Shown in pieces: positions 49,566 to 62,285 of a DNA stretch of 62,285 nucleotides. The position numbers and the translations under genes are program-made. The DNA is from Clostridia bacterium (lineage in GTDB: Bacteria > Bacillota > Clostridia > Christensenellales > CAG-138): the NCBI GenBank assembly GCA_030527115.1, contig JAUNBM010000006.1, positions 1-62,285 of the forward strand, written 5' to 3'. Numbering within the stretch: the stretch's first letter is position 1; each line of letters starts with the position of its first letter. The notes below the pieces were generated by a model that had not been told where the DNA came from, did no database searches, and was given only the letters and a program-made list of their open reading frames with translations.

Positions 49566-50869
49566 GACTGACCTTAAAGGAGATTGCAAACGTTTGCGGC
49601 GGAACTTTAAAGGGTGACGATGCGGACGTTTTTGGACTTTCGATTGATTCGCGGACGATTAAAGCCGGGGAGCTGTACGTCGCGATTCGGGGCAAGGCGC
49701 TGGACGGACACGACTTTTGCCGAAGCGCGATGGATAGGGGCGCTTCGGGATGCCTTGTGAGCCGACCGGTGGAAGCGCCGCATATACTTTGTGCCGATAC
49801 CGTGGAGGCTTTTCAGGCGGCGGCAAAGAGCTACCGGATGAATTTTGATATTCCGGTTGTCGGGATAACCGGCAGTTCGGGGAAGACTACGACTAAGGAC
49901 ATGACGGCGGCGGTCTTGCAAAAGAAATATCGAACCTTAAAGACCGAGGGCAATCTGAACAACCAAACCGGAGTGCCACAGGTGCTTTGCAAGCTCGACA
50001 CTTGTCACGAGGCGGCGGTCATTGAGATGGGTTCAAATCATTTCGGAGAAATAGCGCCGCTGGCCGCCATGGTTCAACCGACGGTCTGCTTGTTCACCAA
50101 TATCGGGGACGCGCATATCGAGTTCTTCAAGGACAGGCGCGGCACGCTTGCGGAAAAGACCGAGATGATAAGGTTTATGAAAAAGGGCGGAGCGGTTATC
50201 GTCAACGGCGACGATCCGTTGCTTCGGGAGATAGACCACGACATCTCATACGGTTTCGGGGAAAACTGCACGGTGCGCGGAGAGCAGATCGACGCGGACG
50301 GGATATTTGGAACGAGCTTTACCGCCGTATTCTCTGGGCAAAAACTCAGGATAAAACTGCCGCTGGCTGGAAGGCACATGGTGCAAAATGCGCTTGCCGC
50401 CATTGCGACCGGAGCCCGCCTCGGAGTGGACGCTCCGCTGATGGCTGAGGCGCTGGAAGCCTTTGAGCCGTCGGGAGCAAGGGCTCAGCTTATAAAGACG
50501 CCGGAGCTTACGCTGATTAACGACTGCTATAACGCGAATCCCGCATCCATGCTCGCCGCGCTGGAAACGCTGACAAAGGCCGGCGGACGCAGGGTTGCAA
50601 TTTTGGGCGATATGGGCGAGCTGGGGCGCGAAGCCCCCCGCTTCCATAGGGAAACGGCGCTTGCCGCGCTATCTTTGGGCGTGGACGTACTCATTTTGAT
50701 CGGCGAGACCTTCTTCGCCTGTTCCATTTTTGGGGCGAACAGCTTTAAAACGGTAGAGGAGGCAAGGGACGGGCTGAGGGAGCTGATACAGCCCGGCGAT
50801 ACCGTTTTACTGAAGGCGTCGCGGAGCATGGGGCTTGAGAGCCTGCTCCCGGATCTCAAGCAGTTCTGA
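49562..50869 (+). CDS. murF: UDP-MurNAc-tripeptide--D-Ala-D-Ala ligase
   Basis: ITGSSGKTTTK, GNLNN, DCYNANP.S, LGDMGELG, KASR. Confidence 0.95.
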   Translation: MRLTLKEIANVCGGTLKGDDADVFGLSIDSRTIKAGELYVAIRGKALDGHDFCRSAMDRGASGCLVSRPVEAPHILCADTVEAFQAAAKSYRMNFDIPVVGITGSSGKTTTKDMTAAVLQKKYRTLKTEGNLNNQTGVPQVLCKLDTCHEAAVIEMGSNHFGEIAPLAAMVQPTVCLFTNIGDAHIEFFKDRRGTLAEKTEMIRFMKKGGAVIVNGDDPLLREIDHDISYGFGENCTVRGEQIDADGIFGTSFTAVFSGQKLRIKLPLAGRHMVQNALAAIATGARLGVDAPLMAEALEAFEPSGARAQLIKTPELTLINDCYNANPASMLAALETLTKAGGRRVAILGDMGELGREAPRFHRETALAALSLGVDVLILIGETFFACSIFGANSFKTVEEARDGLRELIQPGDTVLLKASRSMGLESLLPDLKQF

Positions 50870-50951
50870 CACTTTTCATGAAAAGTTCATCAATGCGCAG
50901 GCGATAGCATGCTATAATGAGGGTGTATCTCGTTGTCGAAGGGGGAGACAT

Positions 50952-51170
50952 ATGCTCACAATTTTCAGCCATGCGCTTCTGCTTGTTGACTGCACACGCG
51001 AGGAGATTCTTCGCGCCAAGGCAAAGATGAAGAATGCCGGCATCGCATATGAGATAAGGGTTAGAAGGAACCAAAAGAAGGACGCTCAAGGAAAGGCCTC
51101 TGAGCTGTATGCTATGTATGTTCGCAAGTGCGACTATACGGAGGCGAAGAAGGTTATGGAAAGAGGGTAG
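50952..51170 (+). CDS. Small hypothetical protein
   Basis: GGGGGAG RBS before MLTIF; AGI.Y.I...Y..YV...D...A pattern seen in small Firmicute proteins. Confidence 0.6.
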   Translation: MLTIFSHALLLVDCTREEILRAKAKMKNAGIAYEIRVRRNQKKDAQGKASELYAMYVRKCDYTEAKKVMERG

Positions 51171-51171
51171 C

Positions 51172-51528
51172 ATGGAAACAATCCTGTTGGTGGTGGGCGC
51201 TTACTTCCTGCTCATCAATATCGCCGCTTTCGCCGCTTTTGCCGTCGATAAGCGCAACGCCATCAATAGCCGGCGAAGAATCCCCAACGCTGTTTTGCTG
51301 GTAATATCGGCGGCTGGCGGAGCTGTGGGAGGCTATATTGCCATGCGAACCCTGCGCCATAAAACGAGGCATCCCGAATTTGCCTACGGTCTGCCGATAA
51401 TCATCGTGGTATATTTGGCGATACTGTTGCTCGGTTTGCTCTTGATTGGCTTGCAGGACACGACGGAGCCTGAGATTACCACCAATAGTGAAGTTTTCGC
51501 AAATAATATTGTTTTGCCACATCTTTGA
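51172..51528 (+). CDS. DUF1294 domain membrane protein
   Basis: N..AF..F..DK..A...RRIP...GG..G...M...RHKT signature. Confidence 0.88.
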   Translation: METILLVVGAYFLLINIAAFAAFAVDKRNAINSRRRIPNAVLLVISAAGGAVGGYIAMRTLRHKTRHPEFAYGLPIIIVVYLAILLLGLLLIGLQDTTEPEITTNSEVFANNIVLPHL

Positions 51529-51576
51529 CGCATTTATCAATTATAATTTACCCGAAAGAACAAGGAGGTTTTAGGA

Positions 51577-52140
51577 ATGAAAAGACTTATTTCCTTATGC
51601 TTGGCATTTGCGCTGGCGCTGAGTTTTTCGGCAGTCGCCTTTGCCGGCACTAACGATGAAAATAAACAATCGTTGCTCAGCAACCTCAAATCCATGCTGA
51701 ACGACGAGGAGGGGCTGGACATCTATAACCAGGTGGAGAAGATTATCAATCGCGAGGAGATAACCGTGAGCGACGAGCAGTTGTCCGCCGTTCTTGCCAT
51801 AGATTACAGCACGGAGCTTGCCAACGTTGCCTACAAGGGCATAGTATGGGGCGAGTATACCGATGCGGAGCAGGCGAGCGCGCTTCGGGTTGCAAACGAG
51901 GTCGGCGATATCCTGGGGCTGACCTTCACTATCGACCCCTCGAACGATTCCCAGCTTGAGGGCTATATCTCCGTGTCCGTATATAAGGACGGCAAGCTCA
52001 TGGGCGTTATCGACGGCGACGCCAAAACCGACGTTGCAAACGCAACTACGGTCTGGTATCTTGTCGGAGGCGGAGTTCTGCTGGCGCTGGCAATAGCAAT
52101 AGCCGTCATCGTGTTTCGTAAAAGGGATGTGGAAGCCTAA
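51577..52140 (+). CDS. Secreted protein with C-terminal sorting-signal-like tail (probable sortase substrate)
   Basis: Signal peptide; DAKTD, TM helix, RKR tail; immediately upstream of a sortase. Confidence 0.65.
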   Translation: MKRLISLCLAFALALSFSAVAFAGTNDENKQSLLSNLKSMLNDEEGLDIYNQVEKIINREEITVSDEQLSAVLAIDYSTELANVAYKGIVWGEYTDAEQASALRVANEVGDILGLTFTIDPSNDSQLEGYISVSVYKDGKLMGVIDGDAKTDVANATTVWYLVGGGVLLALAIAIAVIVFRKRDVEA

Positions 52141-52142
52141 GT

Positions 52143-52811
52143 ATGAGCAAACGTAAAAAGGAAAATCCATTGGGTAAAGGGCTATTGCGGATTCTGCCCT
52201 TTATCCTCTTTTTCGGTGCGGCGATGCTTTTTTCGCTGTACCTGTTCAATGTTGTCGTTGAGGAGACGGCTTATTTCTCGCTTTTGGTCGGTGACAGACC
52301 GATTTCGGAAACGGACGATTCAAACGGGAGCGATTTCGTCCCCGGTGAGGCGACTGACGTTCTGCCCTCCATAGCCTATGGCACCCAGTTTGCGAGGCTG
52401 AACGTGACCTGGGACGGGGGCGGCTGGGATATAACAAACATTCCCGTTTATCTCGGTAACGACAAGAGCATCTTGAAAAAAGCGGCGGGAATGTCCTTCT
52501 CCGGCGGGTTTCCCGGGCAGGGACAGCGGGTTATTATTTCCAGCCACGTCACCAGGGAATTTGCCCAGCTTGAGGATACGCCTATCGGGGCGGTGGTTAC
52601 CATTGAGACGCTGTACGGGCCATATCAGTACCGCGTCGTTGACAAGCGCTCGTTCGATGGAACCGATCGGGAGCTAATCACGCCCACATTGCAATATGGG
52701 GATCAGCTCGTGCTGTATACCTGCTATCCGAGGGATAACGGAGGCAGGCGCAGGACTGAGCGGTGCGCCCTGATCTGCGAAAAGATCAGCGGACTGGAGG
52801 TGCAGTCATGA
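52143..52811 (+). CDS. Sortase (class D-like)
   Basis: N-terminal TM; ISSH, LVLYTCYP, downstream R catalytic residues. Confidence 0.88.
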   Translation: MSKRKKENPLGKGLLRILPFILFFGAAMLFSLYLFNVVVEETAYFSLLVGDRPISETDDSNGSDFVPGEATDVLPSIAYGTQFARLNVTWDGGGWDITNIPVYLGNDKSILKKAAGMSFSGGFPGQGQRVIISSHVTREFAQLEDTPIGAVVTIETLYGPYQYRVVDKRSFDGTDRELITPTLQYGDQLVLYTCYPRDNGGRRRTERCALICEKISGLEVQS

Positions 52812-53665
52812 AGACCGTAAGAACCATTCTAACCTTTATTCTCGCGCCCCTGCTTGCCGCCGCAACGCTTTTGAGCCTGTTTTCGGGGATAATGCGCTTT
52901 GTCGTTTTGAATCCCGATTACTATAAAAAGCATCTTGCCGACGAGCGGTATTGCGAGGAGATGCAGGAACAGCTTAACGATGATCTTGGGTATATCGCCA
53001 TCCTTTACGGGCTTCCTGAGAGCGCGATGGAGAACTTTTTAAGCCACGATGAGATAAAGAGCTATACCGCCGAATATATCGACGCCGTGTTTGCGAGGGA
53101 GGACGCAACTGCGGAGCTTACCGCCGTTCCCTATCCAAACAATCGGTTTGTCAACTACATCCTGTCGAACACCGACAATTCATATGAGGCGGCGGTGGAC
53201 TTTGGCGACGACTGTGCCGAAGCGGTGCAAAGCAATCTTTGGGCGGTAAACCAGCCGCTTCTGCTGAACTCCGTGACCTTTTTAAAGGAGAGCAGGATAA
53301 TAGTGGAGCTTACAGCCCTGTTTACCCTTCTTCTAATTCTGACCCTCGGCTTATCCGTCCTGCTGTTCTGCCTGTATATCGGAAATATACGGGGCGGGCT
53401 GACCGCCGTATTCGGCAGTACGTTCTGCGGCTCAGTTTTGATTTTAGCCCCGCTACTGGCGTTCGGCTTAAAGGGCTATGCTGAAAGGCTCAATATCGCG
53501 CTTTCCGCTTACCGGACTCAGCTTACGGGCATTATCAATTCGATTCTGGAGGGCGGCTTGTGGATAGCCGGGCTGGTTGCGGGCATAAGTTTGGTCGTAT
53601 TAGTTTTCTGCGCTTTTACCAAAAAGAAGCGTAAAAAAAAGAAAAAAACGCTTGACAACGGCTAA
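52808..53665 (+). CDS. Hypothetical membrane protein
   Basis: GGAGG RBS, overlaps the sortase stop; one N-terminal and three C-terminal TM segments, Lys-rich tail. Confidence 0.7.
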   Translation: MKTVRTILTFILAPLLAAATLLSLFSGIMRFVVLNPDYYKKHLADERYCEEMQEQLNDDLGYIAILYGLPESAMENFLSHDEIKSYTAEYIDAVFAREDATAELTAVPYPNNRFVNYILSNTDNSYEAAVDFGDDCAEAVQSNLWAVNQPLLLNSVTFLKESRIIVELTALFTLLLILTLGLSVLLFCLYIGNIRGGLTAVFGSTFCGSVLILAPLLAFGLKGYAERLNIALSAYRTQLTGIINSILEGGLWIAGLVAGISLVVLVFCAFTKKKRKKKKKTLDNG

Positions 53666-53680
53666 AGTCGCGCATATAAT
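53652..53680 (+). promoter_or_regulatory. Consensus sigma-A promoter of infC operon
   Basis: TTGACA-17bp-TATAAT. Confidence 0.85.
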
Positions 53681-53689
53681 GTGTTCGTT

Positions 53690-53795
53690 CAAGCAGAGGC
53701 GCCCGTCTCTCACCTGCCGGCAATGGCCAGGCAAGGTATCGCGATTAAAGCTTAAGGTGGGTGCATTTGCGCCCACTATTTTATTTGGAGGTGTG
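53690..53795 (+). ncRNA. Ribosomal protein L20 leader
   Basis: AAGCAGA.GC.CCCG..TCTCACCTG...GTGGGTG..CGCCCAC pattern between promoter and infC. Confidence 0.8.
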
Positions 53796-53800
53796 TTTTC

Positions 53801-54313
53801 ATCGCTACTTTAGACCAGCAGATTAACGAACAGATCCGCGATCCGGAGGTTCGGCTTATCGACGAAACCGGCGCGCAACTGGGGATCATGGATGTTCGCG
53901 AGGCGCAACGGTTGGCGGATGAGCGCGAATTGGATCTCGTCAAGGTTTCCAACAATGTGCCGCCCACCTGCAAGCTGATGGACTACAGCAAATATCGCTA
54001 CGACATGATGAAGCGCGACAAGGAACAGCGCAGAAATCAAAAGGTGATTGAGCTGAAGGAAATCCGGCTGTCCGCAACGATTGACCGCCGTGACATGGAG
54101 ATAAAGGCAAAGCAATGCCTGAAGTTTTTAAAGAACGGCGACAAGGCAAAGGTTTCGATCCGTTTCCGGGGCAGGCAGATAGCGCACGGCAGTATCGGGT
54201 TGGACGTGATGAATGCGTTTTTTGAGATGGTCGAAGAAGCGGCAACGATGGAACGCGCGCCCAAGCAAGAGGGCAGAAATATGTTTATGGTGCTTGCACC
54301 AAAGAGTAATTAG
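53801..54313 (+). CDS. infC: Translation initiation factor IF-3 (non-canonical ATC start)
   Basis: GGAGGTG RBS then ATC GCT ACT; in-frame INEQIR..EVRLID upstream of the ORF-track start. Confidence 0.93.
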   Translation: MATLDQQINEQIRDPEVRLIDETGAQLGIMDVREAQRLADERELDLVKVSNNVPPTCKLMDYSKYRYDMMKRDKEQRRNQKVIELKEIRLSATIDRRDMEIKAKQCLKFLKNGDKAKVSIRFRGRQIAHGSIGLDVMNAFFEMVEEAATMERAPKQEGRNMFMVLAPKSN

Positions 54314-54323
54314 GAGGGTTTTT

Positions 54324-54521
54324 ATGCCGAAAATTAAGACACACAGAGGAGCTGCTAAGCGGTTTTCCGTCACCAAGAACGGCAAGATCAAGCGTAGCAA
54401 GGCTTACAAGAGCCACATTTTAACCAAGAAGTCCACCAAGCGTCTGCGCGGTCTTCGCCAAACCGGCTATATAGCTGAGTGCGAGCAGAAGAAGGTTCGC
54501 GAGATGATTCCGTATAAGTAA
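54324..54521 (+). CDS. rpmI: 50S ribosomal protein bL35
   Basis: [14 protein letters not shown] after AGGAGG. Confidence 0.97.
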   Translation: MPKIKTHRGAAKRFSVTKNGKIKRSKAYKSHILTKKSTKRLRGLRQTGYIAECEQKKVREMIPYK

Positions 54522-54532
54522 GGAGAACCGCT

Positions 54533-54889
54533 ATGGCAAGAATTAAAAGATCAGTAAACGCATTAAAGAAGCGCCGCAAGGTTTTGCGGCTTGCAAAGGG
54601 CTATTACGGCGCAAAGAGCAAGCAGTACAGAGCCGCTTCCCAGCAGGTCATGCGCTCGATGGCTTACGCCTATGTTGGAAGAAAGCACAAGAAGCGCGAG
54701 TATCGCAGGCTGTGGATAGCCCGTATAAACGCGGGTGCGCGCATCTGCGGAACGACTTACAGCCGTCTCATCAACGGACTTAAGCTCGCAAACGTGAACG
54801 TAAACCGTAAGGTTCTGGCGGATCTGGCGGTCAACGATATGGACGCTTTCCGTTCCCTCGTCGACGTCGCTATGAAAGCAAGAGCATAA
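54533..54889 (+). CDS. rplT: 50S ribosomal protein bL20
   Basis: MARIKR, AKGYYG, LWIARINA, NRKVLADLA. Confidence 0.97.
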   Translation: MARIKRSVNALKKRRKVLRLAKGYYGAKSKQYRAASQQVMRSMAYAYVGRKHKKREYRRLWIARINAGARICGTTYSRLINGLKLANVNVNRKVLADLAVNDMDAFRSLVDVAMKARA

Positions 54890-54903
54890 TTCAACCTGTC
54901 AAC

Positions 54904-54939
54904 AACAGCGTCGCGGAAGTTTCTGCGGCGCTGTTTTTT
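54904..54939 (+). terminator. Rho-independent terminator
   Basis: AACAGCGTCGCGGA/TCTGCGGCGCTGTT stem followed by T run. Confidence 0.75.
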
Positions 54940-55002
54940 ACTGCGCTCACAAAACCGCGCAAGAATATATCAAAATAATTTAAGAGCAATTCAAGAAATC
55001 GC

Positions 55003-55031
55003 TTGACTAACCCTTCCTAACGTTGTACAAT
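55003..55031 (+). promoter_or_regulatory. Sigma-A promoter of second LRR gene
   Basis: TTGACT-17bp-TACAAT. Confidence 0.65.
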
Positions 55032-55062
55032 ACAAATATAATTAAGAAAGGAAATGGGAAGC

Positions 55063-57141
55063 ATGAAAAACGTAATCACTATTCTACTGGTTTCGGTTCT
55101 GCTCTTTGTGCTTGTTCCTGTCCAGGCTGTCGTTGCCGAGGAGTTTACGGAGGGCGCATACCACTACACGGTCACCGATGGGGAGGCGACCATCACCCTG
55201 TATACCGGGAATGACAGGGAGCTGTTTCTTCCCGAGACCCTTGGCGGCTATCCGGTCACCGGGCTTTCGTCCAACGCTTTTCTCGGCGGTACAATCATTT
55301 ACACGATTCACATTCACGCAGGGCTTGTGAATATCGAGGAGGGCGCCCTGAACGCATATATAGATTTGCAGAATATATATGTGCATGAGGACAATCCGGC
55401 ATTTATGGACGTTGACGGCGTTGTTTTCACAAAGGATGGGACGACCCTGTTCTCCTTCCCGCAATGGCGCGACGTCGCTGAGTTCGAGGTTCCCGCAGAG
55501 GTTACAAAAATAGCGGGCTATGCTTTTGCAAACGCGCAAAATTTGGAAACAGTAACGCTCCACGAGGGCTTGCTTGAGATTGGCAACGGGGCGTTCAGCG
55601 GTTGCTCTAGGCTTAATTCTCCGGTATTGCCCGCGAGCCTCCAGAGGATTGGATACAGCGTTTTTGAACGTTGCTTCGCGATTTCTGAGTTTACCCTTGC
55701 TTCGGGCAACGCAAACTTTTCGACCATCGACGGGATGCTTTGCTCCGCGGACGGAAAAACGATCCTTATCTATCCCTGCGGCAAGAGCGGCACGGAATAC
55801 ACCATACCGGAGTCCGTCACCGCCATAGGCGATTACGCCTTTTCAGGCGAGAGCTTGGTACGGACGCTGAACATCGGCTCCCAGGTGACGAGCATAGGCG
55901 CTTTCGCCTTCTATAGGGCGATGGGACTCTCCCGGGTCAACTTCAGCGAGGGACTGCTGACGATTGGCGAACGTGCCTTTGATAGTTCCGCCATCACAAC
56001 GCTCGAGTTGCCTGCCGGACTTCTGTCCATAGGCGAGCGCGCTTTTTCCTCCTGCACTTACTTACAACAGAACAGCATTGTATTGCCGGCGAGCCTTCAG
56101 ACGGTGGGAGCGGGCGCTTTCGACGCCTGTCCGGTTAAAGATTATGCCGTCGAGGAAGGGAATACCGCTTTCCTGGCGGTCGACGGGGTGCTGTTCAATG
56201 CGGACGCAACGCGCTTGATTGCCTATCCCGTGGGCAGGACGGACTCCTCATATACCATCCCCGATGGAGTCGTTGAAATCGGCGACTATGCGTTCGCGAG
56301 AACCCGGGCCGGAAGCGTAAACCTTCCCGGCGGATTGGTTGAGATCGGCAACGGCGCCTTTACGAGGTCTCAGTTATCCTCGATAACGATTCCAGACAGC
56401 GTTAAATCGGTAGGCGAGGAGGCGTTCGCAAATAGCTTTGAATTGGACGGGGCAACCATAGGCAAGGGAGTCGAAAAGCTCGGAGACAAAGCCTTCTACT
56501 CCTGTACCCAGTTGACACGGGTGCAGTTCAACGGCGCTCCTCCGGCGGAATTTGGCGAGAAGGTATTTTGGTATTACAGCGACTTTGGCAGCGAGATAAT
56601 CATGGAGCAAATCGTCCTGTACTATACTTCCGCATATAAGGCGCAATGGGCGCCCAACGATGAAACCGAATACCTGGGCTATCCGATACGGGCGAGGATT
56701 TTGCCGTTCATAGGGATTCCCTCTTTCGACGGTTTCCGCATGAGGCAGGAGATTTACATTGACGAGTCGAATTATACCATTTCTAACCTGCCGCCAAACC
56801 GTTCCGGTGCTGATCTCGTATATGCTGTTCCGGGGTATATGTCGCTGAACATGGACGAGATAATGAAAACCGGAGATATTGCAGACTATGACGGCATGCC
56901 CTATACGCTTTGCGTTGCGGGCGACTTGAACGGCGACGGTATAGCCGGCTCGGACGACGCCGCCCTCATATTGCGCGCCATAGTAAAGCTCGAAACGCTG
57001 GATATGTATCAAACGCTTGCCGCCAACACGTTCCGCTCCGACAGCGGCTATTCCGCCGCGGATGCGGCTCGCGTACTCCGTTACGTTGTACGCCTTGAAT
57101 ATACCGTGGGCGTCGTAAACGGTGTAGACACCGGCGCGTAG
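55063..57141 (+). CDS. BspA-type leucine-rich repeat surface protein with C-terminal dockerin (paralog of 35002..37659)
   Basis: Signal peptide; LRR_5 repeats and DGVLF..D...L..YP inserts; tail GDLNGDG...DAALILR...AADAARVLR. Confidence 0.88.
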   Translation: MKNVITILLVSVLLFVLVPVQAVVAEEFTEGAYHYTVTDGEATITLYTGNDRELFLPETLGGYPVTGLSSNAFLGGTIIYTIHIHAGLVNIEEGALNAYIDLQNIYVHEDNPAFMDVDGVVFTKDGTTLFSFPQWRDVAEFEVPAEVTKIAGYAFANAQNLETVTLHEGLLEIGNGAFSGCSRLNSPVLPASLQRIGYSVFERCFAISEFTLASGNANFSTIDGMLCSADGKTILIYPCGKSGTEYTIPESVTAIGDYAFSGESLVRTLNIGSQVTSIGAFAFYRAMGLSRVNFSEGLLTIGERAFDSSAITTLELPAGLLSIGERAFSSCTYLQQNSIVLPASLQTVGAGAFDACPVKDYAVEEGNTAFLAVDGVLFNADATRLIAYPVGRTDSSYTIPDGVVEIGDYAFARTRAGSVNLPGGLVEIGNGAFTRSQLSSITIPDSVKSVGEEAFANSFELDGATIGKGVEKLGDKAFYSCTQLTRVQFNGAPPAEFGEKVFWYYSDFGSEIIMEQIVLYYTSAYKAQWAPNDETEYLGYPIRARILPFIGIPSFDGFRMRQEIYIDESNYTISNLPPNRSGADLVYAVPGYMSLNMDEIMKTGDIADYDGMPYTLCVAGDLNGDGIAGSDDAALILRAIVKLETLDMYQTLAANTFRSDSGYSAADAARVLRYVVRLEYTVGVVNGVDTGA

Positions 57142-57337
57142 CATTCAAATTCAACTACATTTCGGGGGCCGCATCCTTTGGCGGCCCTCGTTTGCATCGG
57201 CGTTTAAGAATATTCGGTTGCAAAGCTTTTTTTGACTCTTGCGGCAAGCACATTTGACTTGCCGGCGCGTTTTGGGAAAAAGCGCAACTCTATTGCATGA
57301 GGGCAGGAAAATGGGAGGATTTTTGTTGTTATAGCTG

Positions 57338-57367
57338 TTGACACAGCGGGCAAAATGGGACTATAAT
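57338..57367 (+). promoter_or_regulatory. Sigma-A promoter of nifJ
   Basis: TTGACA-18bp-TATAAT. Confidence 0.7.
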
Positions 57368-57419
57368 GCTAACTGGTAGAAAAGGGCGCAAGCCCAAATT
57401 TTTTGAGGAGGAAAGTTGA

Positions 57420-60992
<3,573 letters not shown>

Positions 60993-61021
60993 ACTGAGCC
61001 TTCAGCCCCAAAATAAAGACC

Positions 61022-61049
61022 CCGCCGCGCCGCTTTAAAGGCGCGGCGG
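61022..61049 (+). terminator. Hairpin after nifJ
   Basis: CCGCCGCGCC/GGCGCGGCGG stem. Confidence 0.55.
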
Positions 61050-61115
61050 TTCGCGTCTTAGCGGCAGGTTCAGCGCTAAACGGGCGCGGATTGAAAAATT
61101 TTAAAAATTTAGGGC

Positions 61116-61144
61116 TTGACAGAGGGGGGAATTGCTGTTATAGT
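61116..61144 (+). promoter_or_regulatory. Sigma-A promoter of rplJL
   Basis: TTGACA-17bp-TATAGT with extended TG. Confidence 0.78.
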
Positions 61145-61159
61145 TCATAAGGTTAATAT

Positions 61160-61270
61160 CGTCGCCCAAGACAGTAGGTTTCGCGCAAGCGTATAATCCC
61201 CACCGAGGCAGACATTAGACATTCGTTTGTTTGTGTCCTCTCGTTTTGGCGGCGGGAGGACTTTATTTTA
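61160..61270 (+). ncRNA. Ribosomal protein L10 leader
   Basis: CCAAGACAGTAGG...CCCACCGAGG core followed by a terminator-like hairpin before rplJ. Confidence 0.8.
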
Positions 61271-61285
61271 CAAGGAGGTGAAACC

Positions 61286-61786
61286 ATGGCAAATGCAAAG
61301 ATTATCGAAATGAAAGCCGCGAAGGTTCAGGAGATCGTCGAAAAGATCGAGAGAGCCAAGTCCGTCGTCATGATAGACTATCGTGGGCTCACCGTTGCCG
61401 AGGTGACCGATCTGCGCAATGAGATGCGCAAAGAGGGAGTTGAGTATGTGGTTTTGAAGAACCATTCGGTTTACAGAGCCTGCGATCAGCTCAAGGTTGA
61501 CGAGTCCATCAACGAGTATCTGCACGGGCCGTCCGCATTCGCGTTCGGATATGACGATGCGGTAGCTCCTGCAAGGATTCTCAAGGCTTTCATGAAGAAA
61601 ACCAAGAAGTGTTCGTTCAAGGGCGGAATAGTCGAAGGCTCCGTAATGAACGCGCGCGAAATCGAAGCTCTGGCGGATCTGCCGAGCCGCGAGGTACTCA
61701 TCGCCCGCTTGCTGGGCAGCATGATGTCCCCGATCAGCGGTCTTGCAATCGTGCTCGACCAAATTGCAAAGAAAAAAGAAGCATAA
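61286..61786 (+). CDS. rplJ: 50S ribosomal protein uL10
   Basis: DYRGLTV, V.KN, L.GP, LPSRE motifs. Confidence 0.96.
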   Translation: MANAKIIEMKAAKVQEIVEKIERAKSVVMIDYRGLTVAEVTDLRNEMRKEGVEYVVLKNHSVYRACDQLKVDESINEYLHGPSAFAFGYDDAVAPARILKAFMKKTKKCSFKGGIVEGSVMNAREIEALADLPSREVLIARLLGSMMSPISGLAIVLDQIAKKKEA

Positions 61787-61813
61787 AATTTAAATTAAAA
61801 AGGAGATTTTAAA

Positions 61814-62182
61814 ATGGATAAGGAACAATTGATTGCAGACATTAAGGCAATGTCCGTGTTGGAGCTTTCGGAGCTGGTTAAGGCTCTCGAAGAGGAGTTC
61901 GGCGTTTCGGCGGCGGCGACTGCGGTTGCAGTAGCAGGGCCCGTTGCGGCGGCAGAGGAAGTTGAAGAGAAGACCGAGTTCGACGTAGTGCTGACCGATA
62001 TCGGCGCTGAGAAGATCAAGGTTATCAAGGTCGTTCGCGAGCTGACCGGCCTCGGACTCAAGGAAGCGAAGGAAGTCGTTGACAACGCCCCCAAGGCTGT
62101 CAAGGAAGCCGTTTCCAAGGAAGAAGCAGACAAGATCGTCGCCGCTTTCAAAGAGGTTGGCGCAACCTGCGAAATCAAGTAA
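61814..62182 (+). CDS. rplL: 50S ribosomal protein bL12
   Basis: [34 protein letters not shown]. Confidence 0.97.
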   Translation: MDKEQLIADIKAMSVLELSELVKALEEEFGVSAAATAVAVAGPVAAAEEVEEKTEFDVVLTDIGAEKIKVIKVVRELTGLGLKEAKEVVDNAPKAVKEAVSKEEADKIVAAFKEVGATCEIK

Positions 62183-62285
62183 GTTCTTTCCACAGAAACT
62201 TATGCAAAAACCGGGCGTCCGAAAGGGCGCCCTCAGCCTGTCAAACAACCCCTATTGAGCGAGAGCGAAAATGGGGGTTGTTGCG

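Noticed and set aside
57326-57344. Rex operator at the nifJ promoter
   Set aside because: TTGTTAT-N5-TTGACAC has the wrong spacing and its right half is just the -35 element

Overview
A ~62 kb, moderately GC-rich chromosomal segment from an anaerobic Clostridia-class Firmicute (Christensenellales/Oscillospirales-like by impression; not provable here). Core blocks: feoB-surE-rpiR-flavoprotein-cmk-plsC-ispH/rpsA fusion; rpsU (missed by the ORF track); def-fmt-rsmB-rlmN-stp-pknB-rsgA-rpe; holB-yaaT; a topoisomerase IV-type parE-parC pair; ddl-murF; L20 leader-infC(ATC start)-rpmI-rplT; nifJ (PFOR); L10 leader-rplJ-rplL. Between these sits an unusually rich set of cell-surface genes. These include a 1866-aa vWA/Cna-B adhesin with no LPXTG, coupled to a 66-aa YxxP-leader-like peptide, and a secreted C39-like peptidase. 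Three non-CAZyme proteins carry closely related C-terminal dockerins (a 2409-aa LTD/OB/PHP phosphoesterase and two paralogous BspA-type LRR proteins). There is also a lipoprotein M3 peptidase and a sortase next to a substrate with a non-canonical sorting motif. Non-coding highlights: an internal promoter plus RBS inside the ispH-rpsA fusion, a C-loop double hairpin after rpsU, a pair of covarying ~115-bp inverted structured repeats with a 20-bp tandem repeat, an NrdR-like box at the parE promoter, and a deleted GNAT remnant. No tRNA, rRNA, CRISPR array, integrase or transposase was seen. The best candidates for an undescribed system are the non-cellulosomal dockerin display set and the adhesin plus small-peptide pair.
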